Both the position numbers and the translations under genes were made by a program. This document shows, piece after piece, positions 39,456 to 54,200 of a stretch of 64,000 bases of DNA (positions are counted from its first letter, which is position 1; each line of letters starts with the position of its first letter). Source of the stretch: Octopus vulgaris (Eukaryota); the NCBI GenBank assembly GCA_951406725.2, contig OX597815.1:88970001-89034000 (forward strand). The letters run 5' to 3'. The notes beneath the pieces are model-generated. The model ran no database searches, was not told the origin of the DNA, and worked only from the letters and a program-made list of their open reading frames with translations.

Positions 39456-42184
39456 CATCATCTGTTTCTTTTATGATGTCGTTTACTCTTGTTCGACACG
39501 CACACAAACACACAGACACGCGCACACACACACGAACACACACGCACACACATTTAATCCTTCAAGGCTACCGAGATCATGCCACCAAAACAATATTGCG
39601 AATTGTAAAGTGTAATTAAGTATTACCTAATACCCTGTTTTAACCACATTGAGTACTTAATTTAAGTTTCAGAATTACTTGCTTAAATAAACAAGCATGG
39701 CTAAAAATTAATCTCCTTGTGAAACCCTTTAAAAACTTCTGTGTTTACAATATATCATCTTGATATTTCCACCAAAAATCATCGCCATTCAAATATACGT
39801 CTCTCTTTAAAATAACTGCAAGCATTATCGAAATTTCAATGCAGAGGAAAGATTTCTCTGATTAAAGAAAAATCAGAACATCAATTTTAATTTGATTCAA
39901 ATCCCCCAAATATCTTCCATAGAACAAATTCCTCTTCTCGTTTCAAATTAATTGAAAAGGTCAAATTTCCTGCCTGAATTAAATCCCAAACCAAAGGAAA
40001 TCAGAAACCTGGAAACGAAACGATGAGATAAAACAGATAGTACTAAATACCATTAATTTCTTCCCCATATCAGTTACAATTACTGATATCAAAACACACC
40101 GGAATACCTTAAACAAAGCTCTCATTGAAGTCCAATAGTTATCACTGAACTGAAGCGTGATAATAGGTCTAAGCCCTTAGGAAATCCTTCTTTATTTTAA
40201 GGATCATAAAATGAACTTGCATCCCAATGACTCTATTACCTTAACTCAGCGAAATCAGACAGAGAGATAATTAGCTTATATACATTATATAAATTTATTC
40301 CTAACATTTAGGAGATATTATATTTATATCAATGAAACAACACACAAGTCGTAATTAGTTGATACAAGTTATAAATCTAACAGCAATTTTCCACTATTTG
40401 ATATGACAAGACTATAACGTTCCACTACCGATCGCTAATCATCAGCGCCTTAGCTTTTGCTAAATCAGTTACCGATATTAATGTTTCTGAAATAAACATG
40501 ATAATATTATAGTCACGTAGAACTGTAGCAACTTTACACATTTTCACATGCATTAAAAAGTAATCTAATACTCGCTTTACTGTAAGCAAAATTTGGTTGA
40601 AAATACCGACCTTCTCTATTTCTCCTTATCATCTATAATGAAAATCAATTCGCCTACATTCATGATAACCATTATACAATTGTACAATTTATATATGTAA
40701 AATTAATGACGTAGGCATTTATTAAAATAGATTTGATGATAGGTCTTGGTAAAATGTATACCTATTTTCAAAAGTTTCACACTTCTTAGCTCTCTCGATA
40801 CAAAACTTAGTATTGCAAACATTTTAGATAAATTTTAAAAGGTAAGCAAGTAGTTTTACTACATATATCGTAAATCTAATGAACTATATCCACAAACGGT
40901 CTAAGCGCTTGATGAATACAATTAATAATTTAGTCAAAAATATTTCCTTTAGACTGCCTAACCACTCCGTCAACCAACAAATTAATAATTAGTTTTCCGA
41001 ACACTAAAATTATACCCTTCTGAAAGTGGACTAAAAAAGAACACTTGATATACGTAAGAAACTACTAAACCGTCAAATACGGGCAAATTACACATTGTGT
41101 ATAACTGGTATATACAAAGCAACATCTCCAATAAATCATACGCTGGTTTTAGTGCTAATGCTTTCAAGTTCTACTTAAGTAATTCATTCCGGACTCTATC
41201 ATAGGCAAGTTACCATCATAGGCTAGTTACGCAATCCATAGACAAGAGCTACGTATCCAACTGGCAGGTAATTTATATATAACAATTTTATCTTGAAATA
41301 TCAAAAGTAATTAAATATCTCTATGATAACATCCGAGTATACCTTTCTATTATTTATATCAAATTTTCTATATTCATTGCCATCGCCTTCTGTAATGCAT
41401 TGACATTTTTTTTTACATATTTCAAAGTCATTCAAACAAACTAGCAACTTTTTTCTGCCACTTAGACAAGTACTAATTTATAGCTTTAGCAAATTCACAA
41501 CATTCTCACTTATTCAAGAGTATCACCATGCAGCTTATCCATCTTATTCATATCTTATTCATTATGCTATTTACTTGTTGACTACAGCGAACCAGGTATA
41601 TATTTTAGAATATGTATTTTTGAATATTTTCATTCACTAACAACTAAAATTTTACCTTCTCTAATAATAATTTATGCAACCACCAGCTTCTTTTGTGCTG
41701 ATATAATTGATACACTGCTAATAATTATTATTACTCTAATAACACTTCATAACAGTTCACAACTAGAACCGTCTGCAAATATATTCTGGTACAGATTGCT
41801 TGTCCTTTACCTTTCTCATTTATACCAAAAATATTAAATATTAGAATCTACACGTTCTAAGTTACAGTATACTTTTATCGAATGGCTGATTTGTTTCGAC
41901 AAATTCATAAACTGTGTCACTGTTTACTTCCTATACTTTTCCTTCTTTCTCTCTTTTTATTTTTATTTTCCATTCAAGTCTCGGTCTTTTATCAGAGAGT
42001 GAGAGAGAAACAGACAGAGAGAGACACACACACACTGAGAGGGAGAGAGGGAGCGAGGGGTAGAGAGAGAGAGAGACAGAAAGGTTTGTTAATACAAATA
42101 GGGAAATAGAACTCAAAGCATATGTGTGTATGTGTATGTGGGTGTGTGCATCATAGGATAAAAGTATAAAAAGGCAAAAGAATT

Positions 42185-42972
42185 GGTATCGTGTTAGATT
42201 ATGACATTTATATCTTTAAACATAATAATTCAGTTGTTACATGAGCATAGATAAAAAGGAAGTGATATATGCAGAAAGCCTCCTACAGCTGTTTCAAGAA
42301 CTGACACGCGAATGAAATAGTAACAGGTGCACGCAAGATTAACTTGCTGCCTTAAACCCTAATTTGAACAGCAATTAAAAGCAGGGATGTTATAGCTGCC
42401 TGTTGACGATGGTATATAGGTAGTTTATCAATTTAGCAAACACATGTATAATAGAATAAACGAATAAATAGATAAAATAACAGGTATCGTGTTAGATTTT
42501 TTTACGTCTTTAAATATGATGGCTAATTTGTCACATCAGTATAGATCATAAAAAGAAAGGAAGTAATTAATTAAGTCTGCATATGAATAGATCGCTGTTG
42601 TATCTCATTATCTTTCCAATGATTGAATAGCTCGTTGATACATTTGGTAAACTACCTTGTTTTCCATAAGATGTACCATCTACACATCTGTTCTTGAAGC
42701 AGCTGTAACAGAATTTCTGCGGACTCAATTACTTCCTTTCTCCTTATGATTTATATTTATGTGTCAAATTAACCATCATGTTTAAAGACAGAAAAATCTA
42801 ACATGATACCTGTTGTTTTGTCTATTTGTTCGTTTATCTTATTATGCATGTGTCTGCCCAATACATAAACTGCCTACAGCCTATCGTCAATAGGTAGCTA
42901 TAACATCCCTGCTTTTAATTGCTGTTCAAGTTAGGGCTTAAGGCAGCAAGTCAATCTTACATGCACCAGTTA
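42185..42972. mobile_element. Old fold-back repeat with ~255-bp inverted arms and an extra partial copy, Penelope-like
   Basis: Arms at 42321-42581 and 42718-42972. Segment 42185-42303 is a further inverted match to ~42687-42810 and contains TACAGCTGTTTC (reverse complement GAAACAGCTGTA). Confidence 0.65.
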
Positions 42973-43284
42973 ATTTACGCACGGACGCACCCTCCCACAC
43001 ACACACATACACGCGCAAATATTCCCACATAATCTCAATATTGCTACTCTGCAAATTGTCATCCATTGAAAGTAAATTTTATTTTAAACATTACTCTACA
43101 TTATCCATGGTAGTGCTCCAGCATGGCCGCAACTGTATGGCTGAAACGAGTAAAAGAATCATTGACGTTGTTGGGACTGTTTCCACCTTTACCGCTAAAT
43201 CCCATATTTTACTATTCACCTATATTACCGTGTTAAGTTATTCATGATGACTTACATTCGGCTGGTATCTATATATTTACAGTT

Positions 43285-43523
43285 AAGGCGGCGAGCTGGC
43301 AGAAACGTTAAGCACGCCGGGCGAAATGCGTAGCCGTATTTCGTCTGCCGTTATGTTCTGAGTTCAAATTCCGCCGAGGTCGACCTTGCCTTTGATCCTT
43401 TCGGAGTCGATAAATTAAGTACCAGTTACGCACTGGCGTCGATATAATCGACTTAATCCGTTTGTCTGTCCTTGTTTGTCCTCTGTGTGTTTAGCGCCTT
43501 GTGGGTAGTAAAGAAATAGGTAT
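43285..43523 (+). mobile_element. SINE family A monomer with 21-bp TSD
   Basis: Full head AAGGCGGCGAGCTGGCAGAAACG. GGTATCTATATATTTACAGTT is repeated at 43264-43284 and 43519-43539. Confidence 0.9.
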
Positions 43524-44611
43524 CTATATATTTACAGTTCGCATATAATGTAAGTTCGTATAAAATAAAAAAAATAATATAATACCAGATCATTCGCCTA
43601 TAGAATAGGTGTGACTGGAAATTATGCTCGCTACATTGCCACGAATAATATCTACTAAAATTCATCCATGAAACCGCGCGCCTTTACATCGTCTCGTAGT
43701 CGTCTTGATAAGTTTTAATCTAAATTCAGACGAAATAATTACTCTCAAAATATAGTAGGAATGCTAACTTATAGCAAATCGGTTTTGATAGAATTGCTAG
43801 TTACGCGGAGAAAAACAATTAGTGTTTCTTATAATGAGGTAGTTGTTGAAGCATTACGATTTTACACTATCTTTGTGACCAGTACGAACGCTAATTGCCA
43901 CTGTTCGATAAATCAAACCTCCATATATATAATTTGAGTGAAATTCTTATTAGAGGAAAAGCACGTTGAAACGGTATTTAAGACTAACGTATTTTACGCG
44001 GAGCACGAGATAATTCTTCATCAGAATGTTGCTTGTTAAGGCTTACTGACGTGTAATCTTTTCTATTTCTTAGTTGTAGTTTTTCTTTTTGCTTTTTGAA
44101 ATACATTTTCAAAATTATATGTTGAGAAAAAGATGTTAATCCAGAATTTGTTGAATTCCCACAAAACAACGACACATACATAGACGCATCCAAAACGGAA
44201 ATACATGCACTCACACACACGTACGCACGCACTTACACACACACACTCACACATACATGTACATACACGGGAACACATACGAACAAACAACTCTATCAGG
44301 TTCTTTACTGAAACTTATTTAAAATTTGGAAAGGATAACAACTATAATAATGCACTTATATTGGTTGTGTTGCTCTTTGCTATTTATAACGGAAAGTTGC
44401 ACTCAGAATTGTAGACCAATAAAACAGTGCTGTTTTATTAAAGCCCTGCATGATGTCATCTTTCCTACTTGGTATCACAGGATGACGTCATTAGTCGTTG
44501 TTAGGCGGTTGTAATTTTGCCAGCCAGCCCAATGACATGATGCCCAGAGTCGTATGCATGTATGTATGTATGTATGTATGTATGTATGTATGTATGTATG
44601 TATGTATGTAT

Positions 44612-44985
44612 GTGGAGGCGCAATGGTTAGGGCAGCGGACTCGCGGTCATAGGATCGCGGTTTCGATTCCCAGACCGGGCGTTGTGAGTGTTTATTGAGC
44701 GAAAACACCTAAAAGCTCCACGAGGGTCCGGCAGGGGATGGTGCTGATCCCTGCTGTACTCTTTCACCACAACTTTCTCTCACTCTTACTTCCTGTTTCT
44801 GTTGTACCTGTATTTCAAAGGCCTTGTCACTCTCTGTGTCACGCTGAATATCCCCGAGAACTACGTTAAGGGTACACGTGTCTGTGGAGTGCTCAGCCAC
44901 TTACACGTTAATTTCACGAGCAGGGTGTTTCGTTGATTCGGATCAACCGGAACCCTCGTCGTCGTAACCGACGGAGTGCTTCCAC
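44612..44985 (+). mobile_element. tRNA-derived SINE family C inside (TATG)n
   Basis: Head GTGGAGGCGCAATGGTTAGGGCAGCGGACTCGCGGTC...GGTTTCGATTCCCAGACC with B box; (TATG)n on both sides. Confidence 0.8.
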
Positions 44986-45149
44986 TGTATGTATGCATAT
45001 ATGCATGTATGTATGTATGCATATATGCATGTATGTATGTATGTATTATTTATGTATGTATGTATGTATATATGCATGTATGTATGTATGTATGTATGCA
45101 TGTATGTGTGTATGTGTGTATGTATGTGTGTATGTATGTATTATCCACG

Positions 45150-45229
<80 letters not shown>

Positions 45230-45422
45230 TGTGTGTGTGTGTGTGTGTAATCCAAATACTGTTTTACCTATGGCACATCAGAGACTAAGGAAAACATTTA
45301 GGTAGAGTTACTTTATAGCGTATTGCAAGATCGAAAGGTCACATATATGTACACATATATGTACATACACGCACGCACACACGCAAATACACACACACAC
45401 GTATATAAAAGCTTATAAAATA

Positions 45423-45455
<33 letters not shown>

Positions 45456-45465
<10 letters not shown>

Positions 45466-45588
45466 TATAGAAGGAGTTCTACAGGACTAGAACTGTTTCA
45501 TTCAAGAGAAATCTTCAGGAAGCCCTGAAGATTTCTCTTGAATGAAACAGTTCTAGTCCTGTAGAAGCTCCTTCTATATAATAAATTA
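45456..45588. repeat. Near-perfect palindrome with ~64-bp arms after (TA)n, carrying CTGAAGA..GAAAC
   Basis: Arms 45456-45519 and 45524-45588 around loop AAGC, with a single indel. Confidence 0.85.
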
Positions 45589-45652
45589 ATTTTACTCTAC
45601 TATGTATTGAGTACCTTATTTACTGTGGTTAATCCCGAATCAACCCGGGACC

Positions 45653-45693
<41 letters not shown>

Positions 45694-46051
45694 GTTTATG
45701 TATGCACCTATATGTATACATACTCTTTCACACGATCGTAGATACATGTATAAACAAATACGCATATACAAATACATAGTCAAACACATATCCACGCATA
45801 CAAGTAATGCATACATGCATAAATATTATATAGCACATGTAATGTGCGCGCATATATATTATACATATACAGATACGCATGCGTTTACGTGCACTCATAG
45901 ACGTATACACGCGGACACAATAATCCATAAACGTACGCACGCACCACACATTCACATACAAAAACCAAACGCAAAATTAGCATCTGTATACACGCACATA
46001 TGCATTCAACATACACACATGCACACACAAACACACGCACACACACACACA

Positions 46052-46098
<47 letters not shown>

Positions 46099-47633
46099 CG
46101 CACACGTACACATACACGCAATGGTCACAATGAATAAAAATGCTATATCTAAAGGTTAAAAGGGGACGTGTTGAAAATATATATTTAGTAATGTTTGCAT
46201 TATTAGGAGGGAGGGTTAGAAATTTACATGGATACAGTGTTAGGAACTGTTAAGAAGATACACCTTCCAATTCACACGCACACACACACACATATACATA
46301 TATATACCCATAAAAGTGTATACACATAAATGTATGTATAAATATATATGTTCATATAAAACATGCATACATATAGACAGACAATAATATACATATATGC
46401 ACTCAGTTAAAGACAAAACGATAACGGATTAAATATTTTTCAACTCTTGGGCATATATTTCGGAATTTTGTAGCTTCCTTTTGAACCTACTGGAATAATA
46501 CATGTGCTGTGTGTGTGTCCACGCACGTCTGTCTGTGTGCATGTGTGTTGGAGTTTTCTAAGGCAAGATGATAACTATCATTCACTGGGAATGGTAAGCA
46601 AAAGAATCTACGTGACGTGCATGCTCGATCAAACATGACCTACAATTAAACAATTATTACATTGGCGTTCACTTGACGTGTAGTGGCCATTTGCCAGAGT
46701 GTGCGGTATGTTAATTCTATGTGAATATATAAATTTATAGAATAGTGTATGTCTTGTGTTTGATAAGAATGCATATATGGGGTGTTCAATGGTGGGAATG
46801 AATGCAGAATGATAGAATGTAATGTGTAAGGGGTAGTTATGTTATTGTGATTGCATAAGTCGCGGATTTACCGAGCCGGAAGGTAATAGGTTATTCTTCC
46901 TGATTCCAGCCGTATTTTTAATCACAAATAATTTTCTCCTCAGTTTCAACATGATCATGTCTTTATTTTCTGCCTCGGCTCCTCGACGACTTCGAGTATA
47001 AATACTGTTATGCCAATATCGACAAAATTTTAAATGAACACTTTGACTAGTGTCTGTTACATCATGTTATATCTAAAAGGTTGCTACAAAATCTGTACCG
47101 AATCATTGAAAAGCTCATGATGCGACCATGATTATATATGAAAAAAAAAACTATTTATTGAAAACAGATCGCATGTAATCAATATTTCCTATAAAATTTC
47201 ACGAAAATTGTTCCTTTCTACGTAGTATTGAGTTGTTGCGAAAAACTACTTTTAAGTTTTGCCGTTAGTGGCAGAACTGCAACCTCGGATAAATGTAATA
47301 TATACTGAATATCCTGACATTATTACACATTAATACAAGACCTAGTGGCGGATTGCAAATACAAAACATCCATCGTGCTATGTGCTGTTTTGTTACAGAG
47401 TTGAAAAATCAGATATGATAATTTCTTATGATAATTTCTTCAAATTTTTGTGAAAGAGTTATTTAATGGATAATAGCTTTGAAAGCCAGGCTTCCCTATC
47501 GTGATTATAAATTTACATTCGTATTTTTAATCATTGGTTTACTTTGTTTTGTTAGAAAGATTTTTAACAAGTAATCATGAAATTCTGTGCTTGTCAAAAA
47601 GAGGAAGAAATACTCAATTGTACATACTGCAAT

Positions 47634-47764
<131 letters not shown>

Positions 47765-47770
47765 CATTAT

Positions 47771-48240
<470 letters not shown>

Positions 48241-48867
48241 ATATCACTTTATTTGACTTGTGAGTAGAACTCATGCCTGGAAATTTGTGACATACTTAGA
48301 TTGGTGAAAAAATCGATAATTGAGCTCTTCCAATGGATCCTTCTATCTACTACATATTACTAATATTTTATTTAAACAATCCAAGGGAAATAATCCATAC
48401 CAATTGCAGTTAGTAGCGAAGCGATCAATATTTGATTCTCACAATCAGCCGACTTAATTCTGCATTTCACTACTCAGAGTTTTGAAGTGCTAGACATTAT
48501 TATGTCTATCCTCCATCCTTCCGGCTGCATTTTGATAGTTATAAAAACAAGAATTCCGTAAGCTAATGGCAGTTACTGAGGGCGACTATCAGTGAGTGTG
48601 AACGTTATTATTGCACTTTCTTCAAACACTTCATTCATATTTTTATATAATCTCTGTCACCAACCTCCGTCAATCTTTCTCGCCAATCTCCAACAATCTC
48701 TTTCTACTCCAGCCGACAGTTTTTTTTGTACTTTTTTGTGACGGAAAATATACCTTTTGTGGCAGTTATAACGAGATTGCTTTCTTATATCAGAGTAGTA
48801 AGGCGTTTAAATAGAACATCTTTATCTCCAGGAATTACCGAGTACACCAGCTAGTATATATTATATA

Positions 48868-48918
<51 letters not shown>

Positions 48919-49559
48919 AATATATGTATGTGTAAAAAAAAAATGGGACAGAACGCAAAACATTTAGAAGACGATACAAAAAACACGGACGGGACATTCG
49001 AAGCCTTCAATCTTCAGTCAAGAACCGGATCATCCTCGCAATTTCGGCTGATTAATCTTGAGATTGTTCCGATCTGGCCAGCCCCAAAGGAAAATCTAAG
49101 CCAAGCGCATTAGATTCCTTGGAAGAAAGCCTCGAATGTATATATATATATATATATATATAGCTTCATCAGAACTGCAGACATGAATGTATTAATATAT
49201 ATATATATGTGTGAGTGAGTGTGTGTGTGTGTATACACACACTCGCAAGAATGCACACACACACACACACATATGCATACATATCCGAGACAAAAGCACA
49301 AGGAAAATTCCTTTAAGCAGTCACATTGCAACCTGTGCAGGAATGGTTTTACCAAATTTCAAAATATTTCCTCTCTAGAAGTTTTCAGATTCCTTCAAAC
49401 AACAACAAAGACTGAATAAAGAAAGACAATTTATCAACAAGTATAAACTACAATTAAACCACGACAAATATATAAGGACAGACACTTAAAAACAATTTTA
49501 TACAAATTATTATTTTGAAAAATACTTCCCGTCACTTCCTAAATTTTTTTCCAATATTC

Positions 49560-49990
49560 ATACATGCCAGCAGACACACAAATACTCACACAAACACGCA
49601 CAGAAGCACACACATAAGCAAAAAAAGAAAACATTACAAAACCGCACACACATAAACACATACACACATACACTCATACAAAAGAAAACATCACAAACAC
49701 ACACACACAACTCCGTACAAACACACACAAACACACGCACAAGCACACATATACACACATACACTCAAAAGAAAGCATCGCAAAAATACACCCACACATA
49801 CGCGCACACCCACACCCACACCCACACATACACTCACACACAAACAAAAGAAAACATCACAAACGCATACACACACATACACCAGCACAACTCTGTACAA
49901 ACACACACACAAACACATACACACAAAAGAAAATATCGCAGAAACACACAAACACATACGCGCACAAACGCACCTACACACATATGGGGA
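49560..49990. repeat. Degenerate CA-rich minisatellite
   Basis: Recurrent AAAGAAAACATCACAAAC, ACAACTCYGTACAAACAC and CACATACGCGCACA blocks. Confidence 0.7.
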
Positions 49991-50374
49991 TCACACGCAT
50001 ACACACAAATGGAGACACTCAAAAGAATACATCTAACCCAAAGAGAAATAATAACTCAACAAGACATTCTTCACAACATACGCACCCATCAACACAGCTG
50101 GTCATTTTTCAAAACATACTAAAAGGACATTGAACACAATAAACACACTTACACACTCAGGTGGATATAAAACTCATTCAATAAATGCTTTTTGTCACTC
50201 CCTTGGCATGAACGCACAAAGAATTCTTTTAGACAATAGACACCCCTTCTCTCACAATCGAACTCTATACCAAACTATATTTAAAGAAGACATCAACGAA
50301 AAATCTCCAGACATGTTCTTGACTCCCAGACAGAAGATAAGCTGTTCTACTTCAAATTTTTATAAATTTTTACT

Positions 50375-50414
50375 GATATTTGATAAGATGTGATGCATCG
50401 AAACCGGTAATATT
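50375..50414 (+). ncRNA. Minimal type I hammerhead motif, U3-A8 core variant
   Basis: GATAT-TTGATAA-GATG-TGATG-CATC-GAAACCGGTA-ATATT. All three stems can form and stem III is the palindrome ACCGGT, as in the 20159 motif. Confidence 0.6.
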
Positions 50415-50567
50415 TTCTTTATACAATTTTTTACTAATATTTTTTATTAAATTCCTTCTTAAATTGAAATTTCTTAGACTTCTGTGCTATTTCCCCCTCC
50501 ATCTTTTATATATAAAAATTTGATTTGTATAGATCTCTAATCTTTTTTCAACTATATATATATATAA

Positions 50568-50600
<33 letters not shown>

Positions 50601-50683
50601 TGTATGTATGTATGTATGTATGTATGTATGCTTATATATATATATATATACATATATACATACATACATACATAGATATATAT

Positions 50684-50754
<71 letters not shown>

Positions 50755-51022
50755 CATACATACGTCTCTATCAATTTGTTTTGCAAGATTCTTGATGTGA
50801 AATCGAGATATTGTTGTATTTCGGGATGGTCATTTATTATTTGATCGCTCATTTCATTTGGCGTGGGTAACGAAACTAAGGCTACCTACACAACTAATAT
50901 GACATCCCAAGCTAGACTAGTGGTCGCAATACCGTTTTTGTGCAAGTGCAGAAAGGTAAAAATCACATGCATCTCTACCAATATGCATTCACAGCGTAAG
51001 AAAATAATATTGCTCGTACTGC

Positions 51023-51189
51023 TTTCGTCTGTCTTTACGTTCTGAGTTCAAGTTCCGCCGATGTCGACTTTGTCTTTCATCCTTTTGGGGTCGATGAAAT
51101 AAGTACCAGTTACGTACTTTGGTCGATCTAATTGACTGGCCCCCTCCCCCAAAAATTCGGGCCTTGTGCCTAGAGGTGAAAAGAATATT
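51023..51189 (+). mobile_element. 5'-truncated SINE family A with terminal-type tail
   Basis: TTCGTCTG...GAGTTCAAGTTCCGCC...TTTCATCCTTTTGGGGTCGAT...CCCCCAAAAATTCGGGCCTTGTGCCTAGAG. Confidence 0.8.
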
Positions 51190-51474
51190 TGTTCGTCCTG
51201 CCTTTTGTTTTAAGACCATTATTCAACAAAAATTGTAAATACGAGATAAGCTTTGAACAGAAGTACATTGATATATATATATATAAAAAAAAGTTTAAAA
51301 GGCGTTCTGTAAAGTTTTGCTATAGCTGCACTCTCAGAATGAAGAAAAAAATCTCGTTTTGTAAATAGACACGAAGATTTCCGGGAAAACGGCTATTACA
51401 TTATATAGCAGACTGGCAGCCATACACCTTTCTTGTAGTATGAGACTTTAAGTACTTTCAAGTAAATACTTTTT

Positions 51475-51856
51475 ACCTCTAACTTTTTTCAGTCGTGAGA
51501 CTGGGGCCATGCCGGGTCTCCACCTTGAAGAACTGATAGTCGAAGGAATAGACTCGAGTACTTTATTAAAGCCTGGAACTTACTTTATTGGTATCTTTTG
51601 CCGAGCCATTAAATTGAAACCGATTGTCAAAAGGTTGGAGGGACACACACAGACACAAAGACACATGCACGCACAATCACACACACACACGCACGACGGG
51701 CCTATTTCAGTTTCCGTCCACAAAATTCACTCACAAAGCTCTAGTCGGCCCAAGGCTACAGTAGAAGATACTTACCCAATGTGTTACGAAGAGGGACTGA
51801 AACCGGAGCCATGTGGTTTGAAAGCAAGCTTCTTACCCCACAGCCACACCTGCACC
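51475..51856 (-). mobile_element. Diverged SINE family B
   Basis: Colinear with 61250-61760 (GGGACTGAAACCGGAGCCATGTGG...GCAAGCTTCTTACC..CAGCCAC). Confidence 0.75.
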
Positions 51857-52007
51857 GTTAATATAATATAATATAATATAATATAAATAAACAATTGTGC
51901 ATTTGTACTTACATAGATATTTTCGGGCGCAAACAGATGGATACACACATTTATACATACATGTATAAATATACATATATATATATATAAATATAAAAAA
52001 AAATATA

Positions 52008-52040
<33 letters not shown>

Positions 52041-52506
52041 CATTGCAGATCACAAATGCCTATATGCATGTATAGAAGCATATCTATGTATTCATGTTTA
52101 TATGGTTGTCGAAACCAGAACGGTATCTGATTAGTAACCGAAGATAGAATTTCCCTATTTTATGCAATATGTATTTTTATTCTTTCTTTGTTGTCTCTCT
52201 TCAATGTCACTGTCCCCGTATAATTTTTCACATATTTTCAGTATTTCTTGCTCCAATTTTAGTAGATATATCGATTTATATCTAAGAAGTATATTTAAGA
52301 AATATATAAAAAAATGTATTTATTTATGGAGCGCATTAGTTTTCTATGTGGATTTAATCTCACTTGAGACTTGTTGCTCTTCATTAGCTGATATATGATA
52401 TACACACACATATGCACAGTCACATATGTGTGAATTTATAATCAGAACTTTCATACATACACACATACATATGCGTATATGTATACGTATATATATCTTT
52501 CTCTCT

Positions 52507-52663
<157 letters not shown>

Positions 52664-53012
52664 TACATGCGTATACATACACACACATATAAATGTAGAG
52701 CTGATTAATCGACTGATTAATGTTTCTCAATTTAGACCACAAAATGTCTACATAGAAAGTGTTCTCATATAAAAAAGTTCAATGACTTTTAACAGCTGAC
52801 TTATTAGATAGTTTCCACTATCTACACGTATTTCATTATATTAAAAGAGAAATAAAGGTACACACACTTGCCGAGGAACACAAACACACAAACATATATA
52901 ACTGTAGTGATAGACGAATATAAACGTATATACATACATGTACACATACGTATACGCACAGACATGTATACACCCACACCCAACCCCACACGCACGGACA
53001 CACACACATATA

Positions 53013-53071
<59 letters not shown>

Positions 53072-53082
53072 GTACGTATATA

Positions 53083-54200
53083 CCGGGTGCGGTGAATAAA
53101 TTGTCTAAATTACACAAAATGAAAATATCACTGACTTCTCATTTGAAATACTAAAGAGTAAATTTATTCAATAAAATCACCATTGGCTGCAGCCAACCCC
53201 TCAAGATTACGTCGGAATCTCCTGAAACTCTTCTGGACGGTCTCCTTGTTTAAGCTAGTGTATGCTACCATGATCCTTGCCTTCAGTTCATCTTTGGTGT
53301 TACAAGGAGCTTACTGGTCTCTCGCTCAGCTATGCCTCAAAGGGTTGGCGTTTGGGGAGTTAGATGTCCAGATGCTGGGAGTAATGTAGTCGCAGAAATT
53401 GTCTGATAGCAATGACTGGGTTCTCCCGCTTGTGTAGCATGATGCTGAGTCCTGTAACCAGACATAGTGTCTTCCAGCAGCCACCCTCTTGACCAGGGCA
53501 GTACTACTTTCTTCAGGTACTTGATGTAGGCCTCCGTGTTGAATGTGTGGCTGTGTGGGAAGATGAATGAAGGCATAATGTCGCCATCACTAGTGATCAC
53601 ACCTATCACCATGATGTTGACTGGATGTTTGATTTTTATCACTCTCGGTAGATGTTTTGGATACACGGCAGGTCAAAGGTTGTGATGACTTGAGATAAAA
53701 ATTGGCCCTTCCTCATCTTGTATGAGGAATACTGAATGTCTTCATGTACTATCTGCCTGATAAGAAACTCAGATACTCGCATGACACTGGCGATGGAGCT
53801 GATTGACATGAAACGATCGTTGTCAATGATGGCCTGGACCTTACCAACAAATTCAGGAGTTCTTTTTTATCAGAACGACCACAGTGAGTTTTCAGAGCTG
53901 CCGTACCTTCGTAATCACCGTTAGATTCATCCAACTCTTTCCGAATCCTCTGCACTGTCCTGAGATTGACATCTAAACACTCAGAAATGTTCATATTGGA
54001 GCTTCCAGTGCGAATGTCTAACAGTACAGCATGTCGTTTCCAAGTTTCTGGCAGAGTGAATTGCGTCAAGGTGCTATATTTTCACAGACAGTGCCCAACC
54101 GACCCTATTATATGTGTAGTCGACAAAAATCAAAAACAAATAATGCACATGCACGAAATTAAAAAATATAAAATGACGACAATTTACCCATCGCACGATT
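53083..54200 (-). mobile_element. Internally deleted Tc1/mariner-superfamily relic, maT (DD37D)-like
   Basis: Degenerate TIRs CCGGGTGCGGTGAATAAATTGTC and reverse-complemented AATCGTGCGATGGGTAAATTGTC, both flanked by TA. Fragments VNLRTVQRIRK, KHPVNIMVIGVITSDG, YVWLQDSASCYTS, IWTSNSP and ANGDFIE*. The third catalytic residue is deleted, so the family call is tentative. Confidence 0.8.
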
